Shown here one piece after another: positions 38,430 to 50,671 of a DNA stretch of 64,000 nt. A model generated the notes under the pieces. It saw only the letters and a program-made list of their open reading frames with translations, was not told the DNA's origin and did not search any database. The position numbers were made by a program, and so were the translations under genes. How positions within the stretch are numbered: position 1 is the first letter of the stretch; the number at the start of each line of letters is the position of its first letter. The stretch is from Pseudomonas aeruginosa PAO1 (GTDB lineage: Bacteria > Pseudomonadota > Gammaproteobacteria > Pseudomonadales > Pseudomonadaceae). The DNA lies in NCBI RefSeq assembly GCF_000006765.1, contig NC_002516.2. One strand, given 5' to 3'.

Positions 38430-38657
38430 TCAGGCTTCGGCGATGCCGGTGACGACGATGCCGAAGCGGCGCAGCAGCAGTTCCGCCGGCTCGTCGCTTT
38501 CCAGCTTGCCGGTGCTGTAGTGGCCCGGCTTGAGGTTGGCCTCGGCCCATTCCAGCAGGTGCTCGGCGACCTCTTCGGGGCTCGGCTTGTGGGGGAACGG
38601 CAGGACTTGGCGCTCGGTGGCTTCGTCCTTGCTGTAGGTGATTGCCCAATCGCTCAT
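38430..38657 (-). CDS. Small hypothetical protein (75 aa)
   Basis: AAGGAG RBS, ATG 38657, typical codon usage. Confidence 0.75.
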   Translation of the reverse strand: MSDWAITYSKDEATERQVLPFPHKPSPEEVAEHLLEWAEANLKPGHYSTGKLESDEPAELLLRRFGIVVTGIAEA

Positions 38658-38827
38658 GGGTAGGCTCCTTGTTTTCGCTGAGTTGGCAGGCCGGCAGGGC
38701 CCGAAGGGTAGACCGGCGCGGTCGCGCAAGGGTTGCCCTGGCGCGATGGGCGGTCCGCGTCCGACTGTCGGCCGAGGGCGGAAAACACTTATGATTCAGC
38801 CACATGCTTTGTCTGGACCGGTCCCCG

Positions 38828-40783
38828 ATGCTGTCTGCCGTACGGCGCTACAAGTCGATGCTCTCCAGCGCCCTGGCGCGTTGTTTCCCGCGTACCACCG
38901 CCTACCTGCAGGCCGAGCGCGAGGCTCGCGAAGCCTTGTTGCAGCCGGCCAAGGCCCGCTCCAGGAAGAACGCCGCGAAGGCTCCGGCCAAGGCCGCCGG
39001 CAAGCCTGCGAAGGGCGCCGTTCGGGGGACCCCACGCAAGCCCGCTGCCGCCTCGCAGGGCGCGCCGCAGGGAATCTATCCGGCTGCCGCACTGAAGGTC
39101 GACGAATCCCAGGAGCGCGCCATGCGCGAGCAGGTGGCGCAGGCCGTGACGCTCGGTGTGGTCCGCCCGCCGTCCGAGGAACAGTGGGCGATGATCCTCT
39201 GCCGCCAGCCGCTGGCGCGGATCTTTGCCGGTGCCGGCTCGGGCAAGTCGACCACCCTGGTCCTGCGGGTGGTGTTCATGCTCTGCCACCTGGGCGTCGA
39301 GCCGCAGCGGCTGACAGTGATTTCCTTCACCAACGCCTCCTGTGCGCAGTTGCGTGAACAATTGCTGCGGCTGCTCGCGCACTGGCAGTACCCGTTCGAC
39401 GCGGCCCAGGCGCGGCAGTGCGTGCGCACTTTCCATTCGGCGCTCGGCAGCCTGGCCCGCGAGGTGCTCGGCAATCCGCGCTGGTTCGAACAACTGGACG
39501 ACCGCGACCCCGCCGCCGAGCCGGACAACCCCCTTGCCGCCGGACGCCTGCGTCCGGCCCAGCAGCGCCTGCTGAAGCAGGCCTACCAGCAGTGCTACGC
39601 GGAAAGCCCGGCGTTCCGCGCCAAGACCCACAAGCTGCTGGAACTGCCGCCGCCGGCGGAGCCGGAAGAGGGCGCGCGGCGGCAGCCGAAGGCGCCGCTG
39701 GAGCCGTTCAAGCTGGCCGGCGAGTTCCAGGCGCTGCCGCTGTACGAAGCCTTCCATGCCCAGGCCGGGTTCGCCGAGAGCCTGGGCCTGCGCGTCGAAC
39801 GCCTGGACAGCGGCAAGCTGGAATGCGGGTTGCGCGAGAAGATCTTCGTCGAAGCCATGGCACTGTTCTGGGCGAGGTTCCAGGCGCTGTTGCGCGAGGA
39901 GGGCCTGATGACCTTCGACGCCGCGTTCCAGCAGCTCGGCGAGCGGATGGCCGGCGGGGCCCTGGCGGAAACGGCGCTGGCGCCGTTCACCCATCTGCTG
40001 ATCGACGAGTTCCAGGATGTCTCGCCGCAGATCGTCCTCTGGCTACAGGCGTTGCACCGTCGCCTGGCGACCCAGGGCACCGCGCCGAGCCTGATGGCCA
40101 TCGGCGACGACTGGCAGTCGATCTACGGCTGGCGCGGCAGTTCGCCGGAGCTGTTCATCGACTTCGACCGGCACTTCCCCTCGCGTGGGCGGGGACGCAA
40201 GAGCGCGCTGCTGGTGCTGGAAACCAACTACCGCTCCGTCGAACCGATCATTCGCGACGGCGAGAAGGTGCTGGCCGGGGTGCGTTTCAAGCAGGACAAG
40301 ACCTGCCGCGCGTTCCGCCCGATCCAGCCGGGCGACCATGGCGTGAAGCTGGTGCAGCGTTTCGACCTGCGTGCGCAACTGCCGAAGCTACTGGCGGAAA
40401 TCCGCGCCCAGTGCGAGCACGCCGCCGCTCGCGAGAGCAGCGAGCGCACCGCGGTGCTGTTGCTGAGCCGGCGCAACGAGCCGTTGCAGGCGATCCAGGC
40501 GGAGTTGGATCGCGCGCTGCCGGTGAAGGGCATGACCATCCATCGCGCCAAGGGCCTCCAGGCCGAAGTGGCGATCGTCGTCGACGACTGCCTGCCGGGC
40601 GAGAAGCATCCGTTGCGCAACGCGCTGTACGCGGCATCGGGTTTCTTCCGCAACAGCTACGACCAGGCCATGGAGGACGAAAGCCTGCGCCTGGCCTACG
40701 TGGCGATCACCCGTGGCGTCAGCCGGGTGCTCTGGTACACGCGCAAGGCCCAGGGCGCCACGGCCCTGTTGGCCCGACGCTGA
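38828..40783 (+). CDS. UvrD/helicase-IV-like SF1 DNA helicase
   Basis: About 651 aa (alternative start 38804); AGAGSGKS, SFTN, TFHS, LIDEFQD, GDDWQSIYGWRG, LETNYRS, MTIHRAKG, YVAITRG. Confidence 0.92.
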   Translation: MLSAVRRYKSMLSSALARCFPRTTAYLQAEREAREALLQPAKARSRKNAAKAPAKAAGKPAKGAVRGTPRKPAAASQGAPQGIYPAAALKVDESQERAMREQVAQAVTLGVVRPPSEEQWAMILCRQPLARIFAGAGSGKSTTLVLRVVFMLCHLGVEPQRLTVISFTNASCAQLREQLLRLLAHWQYPFDAAQARQCVRTFHSALGSLAREVLGNPRWFEQLDDRDPAAEPDNPLAAGRLRPAQQRLLKQAYQQCYAESPAFRAKTHKLLELPPPAEPEEGARRQPKAPLEPFKLAGEFQALPLYEAFHAQAGFAESLGLRVERLDSGKLECGLREKIFVEAMALFWARFQALLREEGLMTFDAAFQQLGERMAGGALAETALAPFTHLLIDEFQDVSPQIVLWLQALHRRLATQGTAPSLMAIGDDWQSIYGWRGSSPELFIDFDRHFPSRGRGRKSALLVLETNYRSVEPIIRDGEKVLAGVRFKQDKTCRAFRPIQPGDHGVKLVQRFDLRAQLPKLLAEIRAQCEHAAARESSERTAVLLLSRRNEPLQAIQAELDRALPVKGMTIHRAKGLQAEVAIVVDDCLPGEKHPLRNALYAASGFFRNSYDQAMEDESLRLAYVAITRGVSRVLWYTRKAQGATALLARR

Positions 40784-40802
40784 GGACGACCGTCTCGGCG
40801 GG

Positions 40803-41561
40803 CTACGCCTGGCGCTGCATCCAGGCGCTGAATGCGCGCAGGCGCTCGATGAACACCGCCGGGTCGGTGACCTGGTCGTCCAGTACGGCCTTGAAATATT
40901 CCAGGGCCGGCGCCTGTCCGGGGTGCCGCGCGCGAAACAGCGCCAGGTAATGCTTCAGGGTTTCCGGCCAGACGCTTTCCGTCTCCCCGCGAAGGATGTC
41001 GCTGGAGCGGATCAGCTTCTTCGCCGCTTCTCGTTGCAGGCGGCGGCGCTCCTCCTCCGAGGACGCGCTTTCCAGGCGTCGCGCATAGTCTTCCAGCACC
41101 TGCGCATAGTCGCCGTTGAGGGCCAGGGCGATGGCTTTCGCCGGACGCAAGGGCGGCAGGGCGCTGGCCAGGTCTTCGCCCCACAGGCAGCGGCAGCGGT
41201 GCTTGAGCCAATAGCCCCAGCTATCGCGGTTGGCCGGATCGCGGGCCTGGTCCAGGTGGCCGATATCGAAATCGATCTTGCTGACTTCCGGGTGGCGCGC
41301 CTGCAATGCCAGGCGCGCGGTTTCCAGTTGCGCGGCCAGTTCGGGGCTGGGCGGGTCGCGCAGGACCAGGGTCAGGTCGAGGTCGGAGCGCCCCGTGATG
41401 GCCTCGCCGCGGGCGACGCTGCCGTACAGGTAGATGCTGTGCACGGCCCGCTCGAACGGAGGCCGGGCCAGGGTCCGGCGCAGGTCGTCGAGCAGGGGGC
41501 GAAAGGCCGCCTGCGGTTCGACGCGTGGCGGCAGGGGGATGAAGCCATCGGGCATGTCCAT
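40803..41561 (-). CDS. Nucleotidyltransferase (Pol-beta superfamily) domain protein
   Basis: YLYGSVARG......SDLD (GS...DxD) with helical C-terminus. Confidence 0.8.
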   Translation of the reverse strand: MDMPDGFIPLPPRVEPQAAFRPLLDDLRRTLARPPFERAVHSIYLYGSVARGEAITGRSDLDLTLVLRDPPSPELAAQLETARLALQARHPEVSKIDFDIGHLDQARDPANRDSWGYWLKHRCRCLWGEDLASALPPLRPAKAIALALNGDYAQVLEDYARRLESASSEEERRRLQREAAKKLIRSSDILRGETESVWPETLKHYLALFRARHPGQAPALEYFKAVLDDQVTDPAVFIERLRAFSAWMQRQA

Positions 41562-41596
41562 GCCGACAGCCTAGCGACACGCCGCCCGCGCGTCGA

Positions 41597-42538
41597 TCAG
41601 CCTGCGTTGCGGAACAGCAGCGCCTTGAGGCCCGCCGCGGGGTCGACATCGGGGAACTCCGGCGGATTCTCCAGGCGTTCGACGAAGTGCAGCGACGGCG
41701 CCTCGCGGGCGGTTTCCTCGAGGAGGAAGTCGGGGCCGATGGCCGGGTCATTGATACAGGCCAGCAGGGTGCCGCCGGGCACCAGCAGTTCCGGCAGGCG
41801 GCGGAGGATCCTGCGGTAGTCCTGGGTCAGGACGAAGCTGCCTTTCTGGAAGCTCGGCGGATCGACGATCACCAGGTCGTACGGGCCGAGCTTGCGCAGC
41901 TTGCCCCAGGACTTGAACAGTTCGTGGCCGAGGAAGCTCACCCGGCCGAGGTCGTGGCCGTTCAGGCGGTGATTGTCGCGGCCGCGGTTGAGCGGGCCGC
42001 GGGCCATGTCCAGGTTGACCACCTGGCTGGCGCCGCCGGCAATGGCCGCCACCGAGAAGCCGCAGGTGTAGGCGAACAGGTTGAGCACGCGGCGGCCGGC
42101 GGCCTGCTCCTGCACCCAGCGGCGGCCCAGGCGCATGTCGAGGAACAGCCCGGTGTTCTGGTTGCGCCCCAGGTCGAGGCGGAAGCGCAGTCCGTTTTCC
42201 ACGATGTCCCAGGTTTCCAGCGGCTCGCCCGACAGCCATTCGCAGGCGCTGTCTGGGCGGTAGCGGTGCTGCAGGACCAGGTGCCGGCCCTGGCTCGCAG
42301 CCCAGGCCGGCGCCGTGGTCAGTTGCTCCAGAGTCCGGCGCAAGGCCTGCAGTTCCTCCGGCTGCGGCTCCTTGAACAGAGTCACCAGCAGGACGCCCTG
42401 CAGCCAGTCCGCGGTCAATTGTTCCAGGTCCGGCCAGCAGCGGCCGCGACCATGGAACAGACGGCGGGTCTCCGCCGGCGCCGGGGACAGCGCGGCGAGC
42501 AGGTGCTGGAGGAGGGTATCGAGGGCTTCGCGATTCAT
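41597..42538 (-). CDS. RlmI/RlmK-like SAM-dependent methyltransferase
   Basis: 313 aa; NTGLFLDMR, VLNLFAYTCGFS, IVDPPSF. Confidence 0.9.
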   Translation of the reverse strand: MNREALDTLLQHLLAALSPAPAETRRLFHGRGRCWPDLEQLTADWLQGVLLVTLFKEPQPEELQALRRTLEQLTTAPAWAASQGRHLVLQHRYRPDSACEWLSGEPLETWDIVENGLRFRLDLGRNQNTGLFLDMRLGRRWVQEQAAGRRVLNLFAYTCGFSVAAIAGGASQVVNLDMARGPLNRGRDNHRLNGHDLGRVSFLGHELFKSWGKLRKLGPYDLVIVDPPSFQKGSFVLTQDYRRILRRLPELLVPGGTLLACINDPAIGPDFLLEETAREAPSLHFVERLENPPEFPDVDPAAGLKALLFRNAG

Positions 42539-42604
42539 GGCGGTTCGGCGTTGAAAAAGGGGCGGATTCTACCCGTTGCGTGACGGCCAGTCCGCCTCTT
42601 CGCT

Positions 42605-45028
42605 TCAATCGGGCGTCGCGGGCGCAGGCGCGGCGCTGGCCGGGCCGCCATCCTGGATCATCAGCAGGCTCTGCGGCGAGGACAGCGCGATGCCTTCGCT
42701 GCGCAAGCGGTCGAGGATGGTGAAGAGCAGGTCGCTGCGCGCGCCGGCCACCGAACGCGGGCTGTTGACGAAGCCGCTGGCGTTGAGCACCAGGCCGTTG
42801 CTGGCGAGATCCTTGAACGTCACCGAGGGCGCCGGTGCGTCGAGGATCGCCGGGTGTTCGGCGAAGGCCTGCAGGAGCAGTTCGCGGACCTTCATCGCGT
42901 CGGTGTCCAGCGGCAGGGTCAGGTTCACCCCGACCACCCCGAGGGCATTGCCCATGGTCACGTTGCGCACGGTCTGGGAGATGAACTGCGAGTTCGGCAC
43001 GATCACCGTGGAGCGGTCGCCCATCTGGATCTCGGTGGCGCGCACGTTGATCCGCCGGATATCGCCCTCGACCCCGCCCAGGCTGACCCAGTCGCCGACC
43101 TTCACCGGCCGCTCGGTCAGCAGGATCAGGCCGGAAATGAAGTTCTGCACGATGGCCTGCAGGCCGAAGCCGATGCCTACCGAGAGGGCGCTGACCACCC
43201 AGGTCAGGCTGGTCAGGTTGATGCGCAGGGTGGACATCACCAGCATCGCCAGGAGCACGAAGCCGAGGTAGCCGACCAGGGTCACCAGCGAGGCGCGCAT
43301 GCCGGCGTCCATGTTGGTTTCCGGCAGCAACCGCTCGCTCAGCCAGCGCTTGACGATGCGCAGGGCGAACAGGCCGCCGACGAACAGCAGCAGGGCGACC
43401 AGGATGTCCTGCGGGACGATGTTCAGGTTGCCCAGGGTCTTGCTGCTTTCGCCCAGTTGGGCGAAGCCCTGCAGCAGTTCGCTGGGGCTCGAGCCGACCG
43501 GAAGGAAGGCCAGCAGCAGCGCGGTGAGCAGCAGCAGGGTGCGGCCGACGCCGGCCAGCACCGTGCTGGCCTGGGCCTGGTGGCGCGGCGACAGGCCGAG
43601 CGCATTGGCCAGCGCCAGGCCGCTGGGATGCTTGGGCGAGAGCAGGGTTTCGCAGATGTCGCCGAAGAAAGCGATCAGCAGGTAGGTGGTGGCCGCGATC
43701 ACGCTGATCCACAGCAGCTTGCCGGTGAGGAAGTAGGCCAGCGAGAGGTAGCCGGTGAACAGGGCGAGGAGGATCGCCGCGATCCATACCGAGGCGACGA
43801 AGGGGATCAGCCCGGCGATCCCGCCTGGCCGCTCCAGGTCGTGCTTGCGCCGCACATGGTGGTAGCGCAGCAGGGCGGCGGCGAAGATCAGCGCGGTGAC
43901 CAGCGCGGTCAGGCCGTTGAGGGCGACGGTCAGGGCCAGGCTGGTGCCGGTGACGTTGTTGATCCGTTCCTCGGTGGCCACCAGCATCAGCGCCACCGCG
44001 AGGATCGCCGGGAACGGGCCGAGGGCGCTGGCGATCCTGTCCGGGATCGCCGGCAGCCGCCAGGATGGTCGCGGCAGCATCAGCAGGGCGCGGCCGAGGC
44101 CGGCGATGAAGGCGCAGAAGGTCGCCAGGCTCACCAGTTGATCGGTCAGGCTGGCCATGTCGGGGCTCAGGCTGGCGTTGCTTTCCAGGCCCCAGCGCAT
44201 CAGCGACACCGCGCCGACGATGGTCAGGATGGTCGCCAGCCCGACCGCCAGGGCCAGGGCGCTGCGCCGCAGGCGGCCTTCCGGCAGCCAGCGGATCATC
44301 GCCCAGGTAAGCATGCGCTCCAGCAGGCGGCGGCCGAAGCTCCAGACCAGCACGGTGGCCAGCAGGGTTCCGGCGAAGGCCCAGCGGTGTCCGGGCGCGA
44401 TGGCGCTGTCGAAGGCGACCAGGGCCTCCGCCTTCAGCTTGTCCAGCCGGCGCAGGTCGTCGTCGGTGGGACGGATCAGGGTCGACCAGAAGCTCGGGCT
44501 GAACGGTGTCGCCGCGCGGCTGCTGATCTGCGAGTTGAACAGGCTGCGGCGCAGGTTGACGATCTGTGCCGCCAGGTCGCGGGACGACTGGCCGAGCTGG
44601 GTGGCCTGGCGTTCGTCATCGAGCAGGGCGTTCTTCTGCCGGGTCAGGGCCTGGCGCTGGGCGGCGAGGCTTTCCGCCTCGTCGGGCTGCGGCGGGCCGA
44701 TCACTTTCAACTGATCGTCGAGCCGCTCGATGTCGGCCACCCGTAGCGCGAGCAGGGCGTCGGCCTGACGCTGGACTTGCAGCGCGCTCTGGCGCAACTC
44801 GGCGAGGAGGTCGTCGCTGGCGTCGGCGGTAACGCGCTGGCGGATCAGGTCGAGTTGCGCGTTGAGCTGGTCGAGGCTGGCGTCCTCGGCCAGGGCGGCC
44901 GGCGCTTCCAGGTCGACGGCCGCCTGCGGAGCCGGCCTGGCGGCCCAGGCCTCGCTGCCCAGGCTCAGGAGCAGGCCCAGGGCCATGGCGAACTGGCAGA
45001 GCAACATATGCAGGCTGGCGCGCCTCAT
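42605..45028 (-). CDS. Large MscS-family mechanosensitive channel with periplasmic coiled-coil domain
   Basis: 807 aa; signal peptide, helical periplasmic region, many TMs, GIGFGLQAIVQNFISG, VKVGDWV, VIVPNS. Confidence 0.92.
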   Translation of the reverse strand: MRRASLHMLLCQFAMALGLLLSLGSEAWAARPAPQAAVDLEAPAALAEDASLDQLNAQLDLIRQRVTADASDDLLAELRQSALQVQRQADALLALRVADIERLDDQLKVIGPPQPDEAESLAAQRQALTRQKNALLDDERQATQLGQSSRDLAAQIVNLRRSLFNSQISSRAATPFSPSFWSTLIRPTDDDLRRLDKLKAEALVAFDSAIAPGHRWAFAGTLLATVLVWSFGRRLLERMLTWAMIRWLPEGRLRRSALALAVGLATILTIVGAVSLMRWGLESNASLSPDMASLTDQLVSLATFCAFIAGLGRALLMLPRPSWRLPAIPDRIASALGPFPAILAVALMLVATEERINNVTGTSLALTVALNGLTALVTALIFAAALLRYHHVRRKHDLERPGGIAGLIPFVASVWIAAILLALFTGYLSLAYFLTGKLLWISVIAATTYLLIAFFGDICETLLSPKHPSGLALANALGLSPRHQAQASTVLAGVGRTLLLLTALLLAFLPVGSSPSELLQGFAQLGESSKTLGNLNIVPQDILVALLLFVGGLFALRIVKRWLSERLLPETNMDAGMRASLVTLVGYLGFVLLAMLVMSTLRINLTSLTWVVSALSVGIGFGLQAIVQNFISGLILLTERPVKVGDWVSLGGVEGDIRRINVRATEIQMGDRSTVIVPNSQFISQTVRNVTMGNALGVVGVNLTLPLDTDAMKVRELLLQAFAEHPAILDAPAPSVTFKDLASNGLVLNASGFVNSPRSVAGARSDLLFTILDRLRSEGIALSSPQSLLMIQDGGPASAAPAPATPD

Positions 45029-45237
45029 CGAATCCCCCTTTCGATCCTGACTGGCTCAAGCAGTATGGACCGGCGCGGGCGCCGAGTAATTCCCCGCGTC
45101 GATAATCGCCAGGCGGCGCTAAAGGGACATGGATTCTGGCCATATCGATCCCTTTTTGGCCGCCGCCGCCGTTTTGCCGCGACCGCGCGCTGGGCAGAAT
45201 CCCTCCACCAAGAACAAGAAACCTGCGAGGTCTCTCC

Positions 45238-47380
<2,143 letters not shown>

Positions 47381-47585
47381 GCGGCCGCGGCCAGATGGCG
47401 GGTTCGCAGGACGGATAGCGTCCCCCAGGCCAGGCCAGGCCAGGCAAGCAGGCCGGAACCGCCGCCCACGGCCCGCTGGAGGTCGCTTCCAGGCTTCGAC
47501 CGGGCGCGCCGGCTTGTCCATAATGGCGCTGCCCGACGGTCGCCGCTGGCGGCCGCTTCCTTCCATGCCTGCCTGTGAGTCCGCC

Positions 47586-48497
47586 ATGCGTAAGTCCGCC
47601 GATGCCTTCGCCTTCCAGACCATGCTGTTGCTCTGCGTGATCTGGGGCATCCAGCAGGTGACCATCAAGTGGGCGGCGACGGACATCGCGCCGGTCATGC
47701 AGGCGGCCATCCGTTCCGGCATCGCCGCCGCCCTGGTCGGCCTGCTGATGTGCTGGCGCGGCGGCTGGGAGGGCTTGCGCCAGGGCACCCTGGGCGCCGG
47801 CCTGCTGACCGGCACGCTGTTCGCCCTGGAGTTCCTGTTCATCGCCCTCGGCCTGCAATACACCACGGCTTCGCACATGTCGGTGTTCCTCTATACCGCG
47901 CCGATCTTCTCTGCCCTCGGGCTGCACTTCCTGCTTCCCAGCGAACGCCTGCGGCCCTTGCAGTGGCTGGGCGTGGCGGTGTGCTTCGGCGGCATAGCGG
48001 TGGCCTTCGGCGGAGGCCTGTCGTGGGCGGAAATGGATGGGCGGATGCTGCTCGGCGACGCTTTCGGCCTGCTCGCCGGGATGTCCTGGGGCGCGACCAC
48101 GGTGGCAGTGCGCGGCACCCGGCTGTCCGAGGCACCGCCAAGCCTGACGCTGTTCTACCAATTGTTCGTGGCATGCGCCGGGTTATTGCTGATCGCTCTT
48201 TTCAGCGGCCAGTTCGGCGAGGTCCGCTGGACCCCGGTGAGCACCGCCAGCGTGCTGTTCCAGGGCGTGGTGGTGTCGTTCGCCAGCTACTTCTGCTGGT
48301 TCTGGCTACTGCGTCGCTACCTGGCGAACAACCTGGCGATCTTCTCCTTCATGACCCCCCTGTTCGGCGTCACCTTCGGCGTATTGCTGCTGGGCGAGCC
48401 GCTCAGCCTGAACTTCGTCGCCGGCGCGGCGCTGGTCCTCGCCGGCATCACCCTGGTCAGCGGCGAGCAGTGGCTGCGACGCCTGCTGCGACGCTGA
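47586..48497 (+). CDS. EamA/DMT-family transporter
   Basis: 303 aa, about ten TM helices in two EamA repeats. Confidence 0.88.
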   Translation: MRKSADAFAFQTMLLLCVIWGIQQVTIKWAATDIAPVMQAAIRSGIAAALVGLLMCWRGGWEGLRQGTLGAGLLTGTLFALEFLFIALGLQYTTASHMSVFLYTAPIFSALGLHFLLPSERLRPLQWLGVAVCFGGIAVAFGGGLSWAEMDGRMLLGDAFGLLAGMSWGATTVAVRGTRLSEAPPSLTLFYQLFVACAGLLLIALFSGQFGEVRWTPVSTASVLFQGVVVSFASYFCWFWLLRRYLANNLAIFSFMTPLFGVTFGVLLLGEPLSLNFVAGAALVLAGITLVSGEQWLRRLLRR

Positions 48498-49650
48498 GCG
48501 AGTGCGGCCGGCGCAACAGCAGGCCGGCGAAGACCAGGCCGAGCCCGGCGAGCGCCAGCGCCGGTTGCAGGCCGCCGGCGAAATGCGTGCTGAGCGCCGC
48601 CAGCAGCGGGCCGAGCAACTGGCCGAGGGCGAAACCGGTGGTCAGTTGGCCGGCGTTGCGCTGCGGCGTATGCGGCGCCAGTTCGCGGGCGTATTGCATC
48701 ACCAGTTGCATGCCGGCGAGGAACGGCAGGCCGGTCAGCACTACCCCCAGGGCCAGCCCGCCGATCCCCGGCAGCAGGCAGGCGAGCACGCCGAGGGCCT
48801 GTAGCCAGAGCGCGCCGACCAGCCAGCGGCGGGTGCCGTCCGGGCGCTGCCGGCGCAGGCTGATCAGCACCACCCCGGTGGCCGAGGCCAGGCCGAAGCA
48901 GGGCCAGAACAGGTCGGCCTGCCATTGCCCGTGGAAACGCGCCGCGGCCATCTGCGAGAGAAAGGTGGCCGGGATGATGTAGCCGAGGCCGACCAGTCCG
49001 TAGGCCCAGGTCAGGCGGCCGAGGCCGGCGTTCTCGCTTGCCGTGGCAGGCGCGTCGTGGCCGGCGCCGCGTGCGGCCGGGCGCGGCAGCAGCGGCAGGA
49101 GCATGAGGATCAGGACCAGCGCGAGGTCGGCGAAGAGCTTCCAGATGAACACCGAGTCCTGGCCCAGGGCGTTGCCCAATGCCGCCAGCAGGCCGGTGAC
49201 CATCACCCCGATGCCGGGGCCGGCGAACACCAGCGCGCCCAGCCGGGCCCGACCGCTTTCCGCGGCGAGGCGCTGGCTGAGGGCGGTGACCATGATCAGT
49301 ACCCAGGCGCTGGCCACGCCAAGACCGAAGCGCAGCAGCGCGTGCGGCCAGAAGCCCTCGGCCCAGACCGAGGCCAGGGTCAGGCCGAAGCAGGCCCATA
49401 GCCCGACCAGCAGGCGTAAGCGCGCCTGCCGCGCTTCGCGGGCGAACAGCGCGTCCAGCGCGCCGACCAGGTAGCCGAGGTAGTTGGCGGCGGCCAGCAG
49501 GCCGGCGCCGGTCAGATCGAGCTGGCCTTCGCGGATCAGGTGCGGCAGTTGCGGGGTCAGGGAGAAGCGCCCGACCCCCATGGCGACCACCAGTGCCAGC
49601 AGGCAGGCGAGCAGGCCGACCAGCGGCGAACGAAGAAAATCACGGGACAT
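48457..49650 (-). CDS. MFS transporter (YbfB/YjiJ family)
   Basis: 397 aa; AMGVGRFSLTP.LP, ANYLGYLVGA, GYIIPATFL; 3' end overlaps the EamA gene by 41 nt. Confidence 0.88.
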   Translation of the reverse strand: MSRDFLRSPLVGLLACLLALVVAMGVGRFSLTPQLPHLIREGQLDLTGAGLLAAANYLGYLVGALDALFAREARQARLRLLVGLWACFGLTLASVWAEGFWPHALLRFGLGVASAWVLIMVTALSQRLAAESGRARLGALVFAGPGIGVMVTGLLAALGNALGQDSVFIWKLFADLALVLILMLLPLLPRPAARGAGHDAPATASENAGLGRLTWAYGLVGLGYIIPATFLSQMAAARFHGQWQADLFWPCFGLASATGVVLISLRRQRPDGTRRWLVGALWLQALGVLACLLPGIGGLALGVVLTGLPFLAGMQLVMQYARELAPHTPQRNAGQLTTGFALGQLLGPLLAALSTHFAGGLQPALALAGLGLVFAGLLLRRPHSLSVAAGVAATARR

Positions 49651-49754
49651 GTGCGGATTCCTGCCGGGGGATGAATGGCAGCAGGTTAGGTCTTGCGGCA
49701 ATTCTGTAAAAATGAATAATCGTGAATTACTTGTTCTGTTTTGGAGAATTAATC

Positions 49755-50627
49755 GTGGAGTTCGGCCAGTTGAGGATTTTCCAGGCGGTCGCCGAGGAAG
49801 GCTCCATCGCCCGCGCCGCCGAACGCCTGCACCGGGTGCCGTCGAACCTGTCGACGCGCCTGCGGCAACTGGAGGAACAGCTTGGCGTCGACCTGTTCCT
49901 CCGCGAACGCCAGCGCCTGCAACTGTCGCCGGCCGGCAAGGTCCTGCTGGACTACGCCGCGCGGCTGTTCGCCCTGCAGGAGGAGGCGCGCGCGGCGGTG
50001 CAGGGGGGCGAACCGGTGGGCGACTTCGCCCTCGGCTCGATGTACAGCACCGCGGCGATCCACCTGCCGCCGCGCCTGGCGGAATACCACCGGCGCTATC
50101 CGGCGGTGAACCTGCAATTGCAGACCGCGCCCAGCGGCGAGCTGGTCGAGTCGCTGCTGGGCGGGCGCCTGGATGCCGTGCTGGTGGACGGCCCGCTGGA
50201 CTTCGACGGTCTGGAGGGCCTGCCGATGTTCGAGGAGCGCATGGTGCTGGTCACCGAGAATGGCCACCCGCCGGTGCGCGGTCCCGAGGACGTGGCCGGC
50301 AGCGCGGTGATCGCCTTCCGCCCGCGCTGCTCCTATCGCCTGCTGCTGGAGTCCTGGTTCGCCAGCGCGCGAGTGAGCATGGGCCGGGTGATGGAGATCG
50401 AGTCCTACCACAGCATGCTGGCCTGCGTGGTGGCCGGCGGCGGGGTGGCGCTGATGCCGGTGTCGATGCTGCAAAGCCTGCCGGGGCGGGAGTCGGTGGC
50501 GGTGCATGCGCTGGCCGAACCGTTCGCCCGGGCGAATACCTGGCTGGTCTGGCGCAAGGGCATGGTCGGCGCCAACCTGAAGGCCTGGATCGGTCTCCTG
50601 CAAGGGCGGGAATCGGCGTTGGCTTGA
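49755..50627 (+). CDS. LysR-family regulator
   Basis: 290 aa from GTG (GGAG upstream); LRIFQAVAEEGSIARAAERLHRVPSNLSTRLRQLE. Confidence 0.93.
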   Translation: MEFGQLRIFQAVAEEGSIARAAERLHRVPSNLSTRLRQLEEQLGVDLFLRERQRLQLSPAGKVLLDYAARLFALQEEARAAVQGGEPVGDFALGSMYSTAAIHLPPRLAEYHRRYPAVNLQLQTAPSGELVESLLGGRLDAVLVDGPLDFDGLEGLPMFEERMVLVTENGHPPVRGPEDVAGSAVIAFRPRCSYRLLLESWFASARVSMGRVMEIESYHSMLACVVAGGGVALMPVSMLQSLPGRESVAVHALAEPFARANTWLVWRKGMVGANLKAWIGLLQGRESALA

Positions 50628-50666
50628 TTCAGGTCAGGGTCCGGGGCCGGTTTCCCGCAGTAAAGT
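50624..50666 (+). promoter_or_regulatory. Anr/Fnr box and -10 element of the sicX promoter
   Basis: TTGAT-TCAG-GTCAG (50624-37) against consensus TTGAT-N4-ATCAA, 8 of 10 matches; TAAAGT at 50661-66 is at class II spacing. Confidence 0.65.
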
Positions 50667-50671
50667 TGTTT

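Noticed and set aside
47425-47444. (CCAGG)x4 tandem repeat
   Set aside because: A 20-bp intergenic microsatellite with no spacers or cas genes; not CRISPR, and no evidence of phase variation.
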